Below are positions 19,834-28,842 of a stretch of 64,000 nucleotides of DNA, one piece after another. How positions within the stretch are numbered: position 1 is the first letter of the stretch; the number at the start of each line of letters is the position of its first letter. This DNA is from an uncultured Phycisphaeraceae bacterium (GTDB taxonomy: Bacteria > Planctomycetota > Phycisphaerae > Phycisphaerales > UBA1924), in assembly GCA_964576725.1 (NCBI GenBank), contig CAZNUZ010000003.1, forward strand, positions 123 through 64,122, in the 5' to 3' direction. Under the pieces are notes generated by a model. That model did not search any database. It was not told where the DNA came from and worked only from the letters and a program-made list of their open reading frames with translations. The position numbers and the translations under genes were made by a program.

Positions 19834-20808
19834 ATGAGCCAAGACCCAGACATTAAGAGCGCGGCCCAGGCGTCGACCAAGACGCTCCCGACGCTGCTCC
19901 TCGTCGATGATTCGCCGGCCATCCACAGACTCATGGCCGTCAAGCTGAAGAACGAGGGCATCGACTTCCTCGCGGCCTACTCGGGCCCCGAAGCGCTCGA
20001 GCTCGCGTCCGAACTCAAGCCCGCGCTGATCATCCTCGACGTCAACATGCCCGACATGGACGGCTTCGAGGTGCTGCTCAAACTCAAAGAAGACTCCGAG
20101 ACACACGACATCCCCGTGATCATGCTCTCGGGCAGCGACGACTCGAAGGACAAGGTCCGCAGCTTCGAGCTCGGCGCCATGGACTACGTGACCAAGCCCT
20201 TCGAGGTCGCCGAGCTGCGCGCACGAATCGCCGCAGCGATCCGCATCAGCAAACTCATGGCCCTCCTCGAGAAGCAGGCGAGCATCGACGCGCTCACCGG
20301 CCTGGGCAACCGCGCCTACTTCAACAGGCGACTCGAAGAAGAGGTCGCCAAGGCCGAGCGCAACGAGCAAGAGCTCACGCTCCTCATGTGCGACCTCGAC
20401 CACTTCAAGAAGCTCAACGACAACTACGGCCACCCCGCCGGCGACGCCGTACTCGAGACCTTCGCGCAGGTCCTCAAGGACCACACCCGCGTGTACGACG
20501 TCCCGTGCCGGTACGGCGGCGAGGAGTTCACCATCCTGCTGCCCGACACGAACCTCACCGAGGCTGTGGGGATCGCCAACCGCATCCGCCTGGCGATCGA
20601 GGCCGAGTCGTGGCCGCAGTACCCGGAGATGCGTGCCACGGGCTCGTTCGGAGCCGCGACGCGTTCGTTCGACGGGTCGCAGAGCCCCGCTGCGTGGCTC
20701 GAAGCCGCGGACCAGGCGCTGTACTCCGCCAAGACGACTGGCCGCAACCGCGTGCACTTCTTCGATGGGCAGGAGTCGGGCGAGCCCGTCTTTAAGCTCG
20801 CTTCGTAA
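19834..20808 (+). CDS. response regulator diguanylate cyclase (REC-GGDEF, PleD-like)
   Basis: Receiver domain LLVDDSPAIH...LDVNMPDMDG, GGDEF domain with RYGGEEF active-site motif, RBS AGGAGG. Confidence 0.9.
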   Translation: MSQDPDIKSAAQASTKTLPTLLLVDDSPAIHRLMAVKLKNEGIDFLAAYSGPEALELASELKPALIILDVNMPDMDGFEVLLKLKEDSETHDIPVIMLSGSDDSKDKVRSFELGAMDYVTKPFEVAELRARIAAAIRISKLMALLEKQASIDALTGLGNRAYFNRRLEEEVAKAERNEQELTLLMCDLDHFKKLNDNYGHPAGDAVLETFAQVLKDHTRVYDVPCRYGGEEFTILLPDTNLTEAVGIANRIRLAIEAESWPQYPEMRATGSFGAATRSFDGSQSPAAWLEAADQALYSAKTTGRNRVHFFDGQESGEPVFKLAS

Positions 20809-20873
20809 GCGCTTCGCAAGCTCGCTTCATCAGCGCGCCGAGCAGGCTTCTCCGCCGTCACTGCGTCCGCGTT

Positions 20874-21815
20874 TTACACAGAGGCAACGCGCCGGAGCAC
20901 CGCCGCGGGCTCGTCGGCGTGGCCCGCGGTCAGCACGCGCACACCGAGCCGCGCTGCGAGCGCACCGAGCGCTGATTCGTGCGCGCGCAGCGCCGCTTCG
21001 ATGCGCGGCCCATCGACGCCGCGCACGCGCTTGCCCGTCTCCGGATCGACGAGCGTGTGCTCGCCCCGTAGCGCACCGGCGTGCTCGTCCGCCGCGAGCA
21101 CGCGGACCAACACAAGCGTGCGCCCCGTTCGCCTGAGACCGCCCATCGCTGCACCGAGAGGGCCCAGCGCCTCGAACCCATCGCCGAAGCACACGATCAC
21201 GCCGCCCGTAGCCCGCTTCCCCGCAGCCAGCACCGAAGCAAGCCCCTGCGCGATCGGTCCCGGTTCCTCGCTGTCAGCCCCTGCGCGCCCGCCCAGTGCG
21301 CCGGGCTTCGCCCGCGCGAGCAAGCCCGCCGAGCGCATCAGCGCCGCCCGCCCCGCACCGATCGGTACCACCCGCGGCGGGGCCACGCCATCAACAACCG
21401 TTGCGCCGGCCTTGTCGCCGTTGCGCACCGCGAGGGCGAGCGTCGCCGCTGCGAGTTCCACCGCGCGCTCGAGCTTGGTGGGCGTGCCCGCCTGCGCGCC
21501 GAGTCCCGCGTGATCCATCGAGGCCGAGGCATCGACAACGACGCCCACGCCCAGTCGGGCGTCCTGGTGGAACCGCCGCACGAAGTAACGATCCGAGCGC
21601 CCGTAGAGCCGCCAGTCGATGCCCGCGAGGGGGTCGCCCGGCTCGTAGGGCCGGAAGTCGTAGAACTCGTTGGAGGCGCCGCGCTCCGTCGAGCGGTGCC
21701 GGCCCTGCTCCGCCGCCCGCGCGAGGCGCTCGGCGCGCAGCACGAGGCGATGGTCGGCCTCCCCGCCGACGGAGAGGCCCCGCTGGGCCGCCAGATGGTT
21801 CGCGCTCTTCGCCAC
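20874..21815 (-). CDS. DUF58 domain protein (MoxR-associated family), stand-alone
   Basis: FYDFRPYEPGDPLAGIDWRLYGRSDRYFVRRFHQDARLGVGVVVDASASM matches the DUF58 core. Confidence 0.65.
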   Translation of the reverse strand: MAKSANHLAAQRGLSVGGEADHRLVLRAERLARAAEQGRHRSTERGASNEFYDFRPYEPGDPLAGIDWRLYGRSDRYFVRRFHQDARLGVGVVVDASASMDHAGLGAQAGTPTKLERAVELAAATLALAVRNGDKAGATVVDGVAPPRVVPIGAGRAALMRSAGLLARAKPGALGGRAGADSEEPGPIAQGLASVLAAGKRATGGVIVCFGDGFEALGPLGAAMGGLRRTGRTLVLVRVLAADEHAGALRGEHTLVDPETGKRVRGVDGPRIEAALRAHESALGALAARLGVRVLTAGHADEPAAVLRRVASV

Positions 21816-21922
21816 AGCCCATTCATACCGGATACCACGCGATCGGTGCGCCTAACCTCGGGGCCGTGACCCCGCCACCCGCCTCATCCGACGACCACGC
21901 CCAGAGCATCCAGCCCATCGGC

Positions 21923-23011
21923 ATGCTCTTCATCGGCCTCACGCTCTTTGCGTGGACGGCGGCACCCCTGCTCGTGCGCTTCTTCTCCACCGAGGTCGAT
22001 CTCTGGACCTCCAACGGCCTGCGCTACGCAACCGCGGCCCTCTTCTGGCTCCCCCTCGTGCTGCTCATGCTCAAGCGCGGCACCTTCCCGATGCCACTCT
22101 GGAAGAAGGCCCTGCTCCCCGCGGTCTTCAATGTCTCGGGCCAGGTCTGCTTCGTCGCTTCTCTCTACGAGACGAGCGCGACCATGGTCGCCTTCGGCCT
22201 GCGCATGCAGCTCATCGCGGTGGGCATCGGCGGGGCGATCTTCTTCGCCGCCGAGCGGCGCGTGCTCCGCCGGCCCGCGTTCATCGGCGGGATGGTGCTC
22301 ATCCTCATCGGCGTGGTGGGCTTCCTCTTCCTCGACCCTTCCTTCCGCGAGACGGGGCTTTCTGCGACGACCGACGACGAGGGCTTCCGCACCAACCCCG
22401 TCCTCGGCGCAGCACTGGCGGGGGCAGCGGGCATCCTCTTCGGGTGCTACGCCCTCGCGGTCCGGCCCGTGATGAAGATCGCTCAACCGATCATCAGCTA
22501 CGCCGTCATCAGCATGTACACCGCGGGCGTGCTCGTGGTGCTCATGCTCTTCCTGGGAGAGCGCGCGGGGATGGCGGCCTTCGACCTCTCGCCCGGGCTC
22601 CTGGCACTCTTCTTCGGGAGCGCCCTGCTCGCGCTCGTCGTCGGGCACCCGAGCTACTACGCCGCCATCCGCACCATCGGCGTCACCGCGACAGCCTCGG
22701 TGCTGCAGCTCCAGCCGATCACCGTGGGCGTTGCGGGCTTCTTCTTCCTGGGGAGCGTTGTGACGCTGTGGCAGGCGGCCGCCGGCGCGGTCGCGGTGGG
22801 CGGTGCGTTCGTCATGCTCCGCGCTCAGCAGAAGATCGCCGCTGCCGACCGGCGCATCCGGCTGGAAGAGTCCGCGCCACCCCTCTCCTCGGGCCAGGCC
22901 CCCGCGGGGATTTGCGTGGATGAAGACGCGCAAGCTGAGGACCCAGGCGAGCAAGAGGCCCACCACGCTTCATCCGCAGCTGCTGCGCCGCGAGACGAAC
23001 CGCGCAGCTGA
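21923..23011 (+). CDS. EamA/DMT-family transporter (start uncertain; GTG at 21866 possible)
   Basis: Ten hydrophobic helices in two halves, C-terminal part of the 21296..23011 ORF. The N-terminal 200 aa of that ORF is antisense to DUF58 and not called. Confidence 0.65.
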   Translation: MLFIGLTLFAWTAAPLLVRFFSTEVDLWTSNGLRYATAALFWLPLVLLMLKRGTFPMPLWKKALLPAVFNVSGQVCFVASLYETSATMVAFGLRMQLIAVGIGGAIFFAAERRVLRRPAFIGGMVLILIGVVGFLFLDPSFRETGLSATTDDEGFRTNPVLGAALAGAAGILFGCYALAVRPVMKIAQPIISYAVISMYTAGVLVVLMLFLGERAGMAAFDLSPGLLALFFGSALLALVVGHPSYYAAIRTIGVTATASVLQLQPITVGVAGFFFLGSVVTLWQAAAGAVAVGGAFVMLRAQQKIAAADRRIRLEESAPPLSSGQAPAGICVDEDAQAEDPGEQEAHHASSAAAAPRDEPRS

Positions 23012-23023
23012 TACGGTGCCGCT

Positions 23024-23665
23024 GTGACGCCCCCCCGCACACTCATCCTTGCCCCGCTCGCCATCGAGGCGCGCGCGCTCGCGCCCCTTGCCAAAGAGCG
23101 CGCGGGCATCGAGCTTGTGCAAACCGGGCCCGGCGTGCGGTGCGCCGAGGCGCTGCGGTCGCGGGAGTGCGACGCCGTCGTGCTCGCTGGCGTAGCGGGC
23201 GGACTTGTGCATCGGCCCTCTCTCATCGTCCGGCGTGTCATCAACGCCGAGACGGGGGCGGATTTCCTTGCGCCCGGTCTCTCGAGCGGGTCGACACTCG
23301 TGACGGTGCCCCGACCGCTGTGCACCGCGCACGAGAAGTCAGCGGCACGCGAGACGCACGGCGCGGAACTCGTCGACTGCGAAGCGGCCCACGTCGCACG
23401 CACCGCAGCCGAGCTCGGCATCCCGTGGCGCGTGGTCCGCGTCGTCTCGGATGGCCCCGAGGATGTTCTGCCCGCGCAGGCGGCCCGTTGGGTCAACGAG
23501 AAGGGCAACACCGCGTCCGGCCGGGTCGCCGCCTCGCTCATCAGGAACCCGATGCTGATGCCCGAACTCGTGCGCCTGGGTGCGCGCACGAAGCGAGCGC
23601 TCGCACAGCTCCCCGCGCTCACCGCGCAGACGATCGATTCCCTGCACCGGGAGCCCGCACCGTGA
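23024..23665 (+). CDS. PNP/UDP phosphorylase-family protein (MTA/SAH nucleosidase- or futalosine hydrolase-like)
   Basis: VDCEAAHVA and RVVSD motifs resemble the MTAN V-x-MEGAA / R-x-ISD motifs. Confidence 0.5.
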   Translation: MTPPRTLILAPLAIEARALAPLAKERAGIELVQTGPGVRCAEALRSRECDAVVLAGVAGGLVHRPSLIVRRVINAETGADFLAPGLSSGSTLVTVPRPLCTAHEKSAARETHGAELVDCEAAHVARTAAELGIPWRVVRVVSDGPEDVLPAQAARWVNEKGNTASGRVAASLIRNPMLMPELVRLGARTKRALAQLPALTAQTIDSLHREPAP

Positions 23666-24342
23666 CCAACCGACCACCCATCGCGACGGTTCCTATCCCC
23701 GACGGTCGCTGCTCGGCTTTGCTGTACGGCGGGTCGTTCGACCCCCCCCACCGTGCGCACCTCACGCTCCCCGGGCTGGTGCGCGAGCGTCTGGGTCTTG
23801 ATCTCGTGGTCTACGTCCCCGCAGCCCGATCACCCCACAAGGCCGTCGGGCCCAGCGCCCCCGACGAGGCACGCGTCGAGATGCTCCGCGCGGGACTGAC
23901 GGAATCGCCCAGCACCGCGATCTCCACCTACGAGCTCGATGCTGCGATCGCGGGCGAGCCGAGCTACACCGTGCGCACGCTGGAGGCGTTTCACGCCGAG
24001 AGGCCGCGGGCCTCGTTCTGCCTTTTGATCGGTGTGGACCAGGCGCTTTCGTTCCACCGGTGGCGCGAGGCGGAGCGCATCGTCGAACTCGCGCCGCCCG
24101 CGGTGATGCTCCGCGGCGGGGCGGAGGACCAGCGCGCGGTGATCGAACAAATGCGCGCACACTGGTCGGCGGGGGAGATCGAGGCGTGGTCGCAGCGGTT
24201 TGTCGATGTCGGCACGACGATCGAGGCCTCGTCCTCGCGCGTGCGCGAGCTGCTTGCGGACGACCCCGAATCGAGCGCGCTCGACGAGCTCTTGCCGCCG
24301 GGCGTCCGCCGGGTGATCCGCGAGCGGCGACTATACGAATGA
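23662..24342 (+). CDS. nadD: nicotinate-nucleotide adenylyltransferase
   Basis: LLYGGSFDPPHRAH (H/T-x-G-H NTase motif), C-terminal SSRVRE. GTG start overlaps the upstream stop (GTGA). Confidence 0.82.
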   Translation: MTNRPPIATVPIPDGRCSALLYGGSFDPPHRAHLTLPGLVRERLGLDLVVYVPAARSPHKAVGPSAPDEARVEMLRAGLTESPSTAISTYELDAAIAGEPSYTVRTLEAFHAERPRASFCLLIGVDQALSFHRWREAERIVELAPPAVMLRGGAEDQRAVIEQMRAHWSAGEIEAWSQRFVDVGTTIEASSSRVRELLADDPESSALDELLPPGVRRVIRERRLYE

Positions 24343-24346
24343 CGGA

Positions 24347-25915
24347 TCAGCACCCGGCCGAGAGCACGCGCGAGCGCACGCGATCGAAGAGCGCCGCAAC
24401 GGTCGAGCTCGCGCCGCCCGGACCCGCAGCACAGGCGTGACCCGTCGCGATCTGCTTCTCCGTGCGCTGGCATGCGGTGATCGCGGTTGAGTGGTTGCTT
24501 CGGCCTATGGCGCGCGCGATCTCGGGGTAGCTGTGACTCGTGACGGCCCGCGCCACGTGCACCACGAGCCCACGCGCAACAACGATCCGCTGGTGGCGCG
24601 AGGTGCCGAGGATGTCGTCGTGCGTCACGCCGACGACCGAGCAGACCGCGTCGACGATCTCCGCCAGGCGCACGGGCGTGTCTCTGCGGGTCGGGCGCAC
24701 GCCGCCGAGGGCGCGCTCGACGAGCGCGGGCGTGATGCGCTCGGGCCCCGAGCAGGCGGTGGGCATCAATCGGGCGTAGGCCTCGACGCGCTTCACCGCG
24801 CCCTCGAGCTCGCGGACGGAACCGGGCACACGCTCGGCGATCGCCTCGACCGCGTCATCGAGCGCGACGAGCGAGCGCCGCTTCATCAGCACGCGCAGGA
24901 TCTCGGTCCGCGTCGCGTGGTCGGGCTGTTCGAGTCCCACGACCATCCCCGCCATGCACCGGGAGACGATCCCCTCGTGGAGCTCTTCGATGCGCTTGGG
25001 GTGCTCGTCGGAGGCGAGGACCACGCGGGCGCCGTCGATGTCGAGCGCCTCGAAGGTGTGGAGGAACTCCGACTGCGTTTTGACCTTGCCGCGGAGGAAG
25101 TGGATGTCGTCGATGCACAGGAGGTCGACCCCGCGGTAGCGGTCGCGGAAGCGCTCGATGCTGCCGGCCTGCACGGAGGCGATGAACTGGTTGGCGAAGG
25201 CCTCGCCCGAGACGCAGCGGACGCGCGAGCCGGGGCGCAGCTCCTGGAAGCGCGAGGCGACGCCCTGCAGGAGGTGCGTTTTACCGACGCCGCAGGGCCC
25301 GTAGAGGAAGAGGGCACCGAAGGGCGGCTCGGGGGACTCCGCGAGCTGCGTCGCAGCGCCGAAGGCAAGACGGGAAGAGGGGCCGACGATGAAATCGTCG
25401 AGCGTGTGCCGGGGCCTGGTGGGGCGGGCGGCGCGGAGCGTCTTGGGCGTGCGCACCGGCGCCGAAGCGGGCGCCGGAGCGGGCTGAAGGGTCGGAGCCT
25501 CGGTCGCGCCCTCGCTGACGGGGGTGAAGGCGTCCGGGTCGACGCGCCAGAGCAGCCGGGCGCGAGCGCCGGCCTCTTCTGCGAGGGCCGCACGGACGCT
25601 CGAACCGAAACGCCGGTCGAGCCAGTCGGCGTGGAACGCGCTGGGCACCGCGACGCAGAGCCCCGACTGATCGGCGCTGAGGCGGGTGTGGCGCTCGAAG
25701 TAGGCCTCGTACCGCCGGGCACCGAGATTGGTCTGCAGTCGGCGAGAGACACGATCGCCCAACGCACCCGCTGTGGGGGCCTCGTGCGAGTCGCTGGCGG
25801 TGTGCGGCGAGTTGGAAGGCGTGGACGCGGCGATCTGGGGCACGTGCGCTTCTCCCGGTTCGGGCGCACGAGTGGTGCGCCGAGTCTCCGAAGCGTGCGT
25901 CCGTGCACGATGCAT
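24347..25915 (-). CDS. dnaA: chromosomal replication initiator protein DnaA (start uncertain; ORF extends to 26161)
   Basis: AAA+ Walker A LYGPCGVGKTHL, Walker B LLCIDDIHFL, sensor motifs, C-terminal DNA-binding domain SRHQRIVVARGLVVHVARAVT...EIARAIGRSNHSTAITACQR. Confidence 0.9.
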   Translation of the reverse strand: MHRARTHASETRRTTRAPEPGEAHVPQIAASTPSNSPHTASDSHEAPTAGALGDRVSRRLQTNLGARRYEAYFERHTRLSADQSGLCVAVPSAFHADWLDRRFGSSVRAALAEEAGARARLLWRVDPDAFTPVSEGATEAPTLQPAPAPASAPVRTPKTLRAARPTRPRHTLDDFIVGPSSRLAFGAATQLAESPEPPFGALFLYGPCGVGKTHLLQGVASRFQELRPGSRVRCVSGEAFANQFIASVQAGSIERFRDRYRGVDLLCIDDIHFLRGKVKTQSEFLHTFEALDIDGARVVLASDEHPKRIEELHEGIVSRCMAGMVVGLEQPDHATRTEILRVLMKRRSLVALDDAVEAIAERVPGSVRELEGAVKRVEAYARLMPTACSGPERITPALVERALGGVRPTRRDTPVRLAEIVDAVCSVVGVTHDDILGTSRHQRIVVARGLVVHVARAVTSHSYPEIARAIGRSNHSTAITACQRTEKQIATGHACAAGPGGASSTVAALFDRVRSRVLSAGC

Positions 25916-26204
25916 GCTCGCCCTGGGCGCACGACACCCCGCGGGCGGGCCCGAAGACCCACCGCCGTCACCCGCGAGTAGGCGGGAAAACAGGGGGTGA
26001 AGTGTGCGCCGGCCCGATGCTTTCTCCGTGCAGCGGGGTGCACCACCGTCCCGGATAGAGACGCGTGGTGCTCGGCGGCCCGGCTCCGTTCCGTGCCGGG
26101 AGGGGAAGCGTACCGACACCTCCGCCCGCCGGGAAGAGGAGCATGAGCGCAAGTTGTGCACATTCGGAGTTCGGCTTAGAGCGACGCGGAAAAATCGGGG
26201 TGCG

Positions 26205-26305
26205 CTCCCCGTTCATCCACAGCGCACAAGTGGCTGTGGACAACGCGGTGGATAACCGCGCGCAGGCCGCAAACGACGCGGGTTTCTTTGCGCCGTCCAC
26301 ACACA
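26205..26305. promoter_or_regulatory. cluster of DnaA-box-like 9-mers upstream of dnaA (candidate oriC / dnaA autoregulatory region)
   Basis: TCATCCACA (26212-26220), TGTGGACAA = TTGTCCACA on the other strand (26233-26241), GTGGATAAC = TTATCCACC (26248-26256) and CGTCCACAC (26294-26302), all within about 100 bp directly 5' of dnaA. Confidence 0.45.
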
Positions 26306-26339
26306 GCCCACCGCCGGTGGTGCGCACGGATCGCGCCGC

Positions 26340-27290
26340 TCACTCGAGGATGCGCACGAGCGCGAGGCGCTCGTCTTCGCGCTCCATGCCGATGCCCTCG
26401 TACATGCGCAGCGCGGGGGTGTTGCGCACGTCGCAGGCGCACGTCACGCGTTCCTGACCCCGCCCCGCGAGGGATGAGAAGCAGCGCGCGAGGATGCGCC
26501 GCCCCGCGCCCGAGCCGCGAAGCTCGGGAACGATCCCGAAGTACACGAGCTCGATCGTCCCGGTCTCGGGCATGGCGTTGAAGAGCGCTGCGCCGCCCGG
26601 CACGCCCTCGCGCTCGATGATCCACCACAGCTCCGGCGCCCATGCGCCCGTCGCGCGGTGGCTGGCGAGCACGTCCTCGGGCGGGCGGGTATTGCTGAGC
26701 TCGGGGCAATCCATCGTGCCCTCGTAGGTCCGCGGGAGGAGGTCGAGGAGGATCTCATCGTCCCTCGGGCCGGCGTAGCCGCGGAGGGTGACGCCCGGTG
26801 GGAGGTCGGCCCGCGTCGCCTCCTCGGGGAACTCGCGCAGCGTGGGCGTGGGCCGGGAGAGGTAGGCGAGGGTCGCGAGCGGGGGCATCCCGCCCGCTTG
26901 GTACGCGCGGACGTACTCCTCCTCGCCCGGCTCGACGATGGCCTGCGCGAGGCGGACCAGCCTGCGGGGCAATTCGTCGCAGGCGTGGCGGATGACCCGG
27001 CCCAGTTCGTGTTCCTCTTCGGAGGTGCGCGGGCGCGAGGTGAAGAACATGCCCGTCCGGCCTGAACCCGGGACCACGAGGCAGACCTGGCGGGCCTCAG
27101 AGGGCCGATCGGGGTCGATGCTGGCCCAAAAGTGCTGGAAGCTGATGGCGTTGAGCCTTGCCGCTTCGAGGAGGCGTTCGCCCTCGCCGCGGGTGCCGGT
27201 CGAGGCTTCCGCGAGGCGGTGGGCCGCGGGCAGCAGGAGCGGGCCCCGCGCCGTCTGGATCGTTATCGGTGATGCGGGGCTGGGGGTCAT
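26340..27290 (-). CDS. GNAT-family N-acetyltransferase (C-terminal acetyltransferase domain, N-terminal uncharacterised domain)
   Basis: IELVYFGIVPELRGSGAGRRIL acetyl-CoA-binding motif. Start trimmed to Met MTPSPASP at 27288-27290. Confidence 0.65.
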   Translation of the reverse strand: MTPSPASPITIQTARGPLLLPAAHRLAEASTGTRGEGERLLEAARLNAISFQHFWASIDPDRPSEARQVCLVVPGSGRTGMFFTSRPRTSEEEHELGRVIRHACDELPRRLVRLAQAIVEPGEEEYVRAYQAGGMPPLATLAYLSRPTPTLREFPEEATRADLPPGVTLRGYAGPRDDEILLDLLPRTYEGTMDCPELSNTRPPEDVLASHRATGAWAPELWWIIEREGVPGGAALFNAMPETGTIELVYFGIVPELRGSGAGRRILARCFSSLAGRGQERVTCACDVRNTPALRMYEGIGMEREDERLALVRILE

Positions 27291-27298
27291 GGTCGGGA

Positions 27299-27365
27299 GC
27301 GTGTGTCCGGGGGGTGTGTCCGGGGGTGTGTCCGGGGGCGTGGGTCGAGTCGGGTTGGGTTGGGG
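27299..27365. repeat. G-rich tandem repeat (GGGGGTGTGTCC x3 followed by GGG tracts) in divergent promoter region
   Basis: gtgtgtccggggggtgtgtccgggggtgtgtccgggggcgtgggtcgagtcgggttgggttgggg read directly in sequence. Confidence 0.6.
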
Positions 27366-27508
27366 CAACCGTGCGGGTGAGGTGGGCGAATAGGACGCGC
27401 TTGAGCCCACGCGCCTGGCCCGTACACTACGCTGCTCGCCCCAGCGCCCGCACCCGGGCGCGACTTCCTCGGCGACTCACCTGCCCCAGCCCCAGGAACC
27501 GACCGCCC

Positions 27509-28150
27509 ATGCGTCGCATCACGCCCCGAATGCTCCTTGCTGCCCTCGTCGCCGTTGGTGCGACTGCGGCGCTGCCCGCGAACCCCGTTGTGAGCGAGGC
27601 CGCTGCGGCCCCTCAGCCCAAACCGGTGCCCACACGCTGGGAGTTCCGCGTCGATCCGGGCGAGCTGCGGACCATGGTTGTGCCTTCGGCGGGCAAGCCC
27701 GACCAGGCGTACTACTACTTCGTCTACGAGGTCACGAACAATACGGGCCAGGACCGGGCGCTCGCGCCCTCGTTCGAGCTCGTGACCGATCTCGGCGAGA
27801 GCAAGCGCTCGGGCGAGAACGTGCCCGCGGACGTCCCCCGGCAGATCATCCGTGCACTCAAAGACCCCCTCATGCTGACCGAGCTCGACATGCTCGGCAC
27901 CCTGCCCCAGGGCTCCGAGAACGCCAAGCGCGGCGTGGTGGTCTGGCCCGTGAACGACACCTCGATCGATGAGGTGACGATTTACGCTGCGGGTTTCTCG
28001 GGCGAGTCGATCCGCGTGGAGCGCCCCGACACGGGTGAGGAGATCATCCTGCGGAAGTCGCTCATGCTCCGCCACCAGATCCCCGGGGATCTGGTCGTGA
28101 CCTCCGACGACCCCCTCGAGCGGACGCTCGACCAGTGGGTGATGCGGTAA
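27509..28150 (+). CDS. hypothetical secreted protein
   Basis: Signal peptide MRRITPRMLLAALVAVGATAALPA; no recognisable domain. Confidence 0.5.
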   Translation: MRRITPRMLLAALVAVGATAALPANPVVSEAAAAPQPKPVPTRWEFRVDPGELRTMVVPSAGKPDQAYYYFVYEVTNNTGQDRALAPSFELVTDLGESKRSGENVPADVPRQIIRALKDPLMLTELDMLGTLPQGSENAKRGVVVWPVNDTSIDEVTIYAAGFSGESIRVERPDTGEEIILRKSLMLRHQIPGDLVVTSDDPLERTLDQWVMR

Positions 28151-28420
28151 GCCGGGCTTCGGCCCCGCCTGAGCCCCTGAACACCTGCTCGCCTGCAGCC
28201 CTCGGGGATCCCGCGGCATCCGCCAGGCAAACGCTTGACAGACGCTTGGTATCCGTTCGGGCATGGCCGTAGTGCCGCCCAAACGCCCACCACGGTCGAG
28301 ACCGGATCGGTTTGAAGATGCCCCGCCGGCGGATGCTTGATCCCGGGGGAGTGGGGTCTACACTCTTTGCCCGCCCGGCTGTTGGGCGAGATTGATACTT
28401 GCAGAACGCGAGGCGATGTA

Positions 28421-28732
28421 ATGGCTCACAAGAAGGGGCAGGGCTCCTCAAAGAACGGTCGCGACTCCAACCCGCAGTACCGCGGCGTGAAGAAGTACTG
28501 CGGCGAGCACGCCACCTCTGGTTCGATCATCGTCCGCCAGTGCGGCACGAAGTGGCAGAACGGCTTCATGGTCGGCCGAGGCAAGGACGACACCCTCTTC
28601 GCGCAGTGCGCGGGCAAGGTCGTCTGGAACGGCCGCAAGGTTCACGTCCTCCCCGCGGACGACGCGACCCCCCGCCCCGACTACCTCGTGCAGATCGCCG
28701 AGGCCAAGCAGGGCAAGACCGCAGCCGCCTGA
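28421..28732 (+). CDS. rpmA: 50S ribosomal protein L27 with C-terminal extension
   Basis: [48 protein letters not shown] matches the L27 family. About 20 extra residues at the C-terminus. Confidence 0.85.
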   Translation: MAHKKGQGSSKNGRDSNPQYRGVKKYCGEHATSGSIIVRQCGTKWQNGFMVGRGKDDTLFAQCAGKVVWNGRKVHVLPADDATPRPDYLVQIAEAKQGKTAAA

Positions 28733-28842
28733 TCACTAGCCGCCTGTTCAACAGCCGGCAACACAACTCATGTACCCCATCGCGGGCCCGGCCTTTGTGC
28801 TGGGCCTGTTTCGTTTTGCCGGCGCGTGCGCTCGGTGATCGG

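Noticed and set aside
26004-26255. 83-aa plus-strand ORF within the dnaA upstream region
   Set aside because: It overlaps the DnaA-box cluster and has no RBS. The region is better explained as regulatory/origin DNA.
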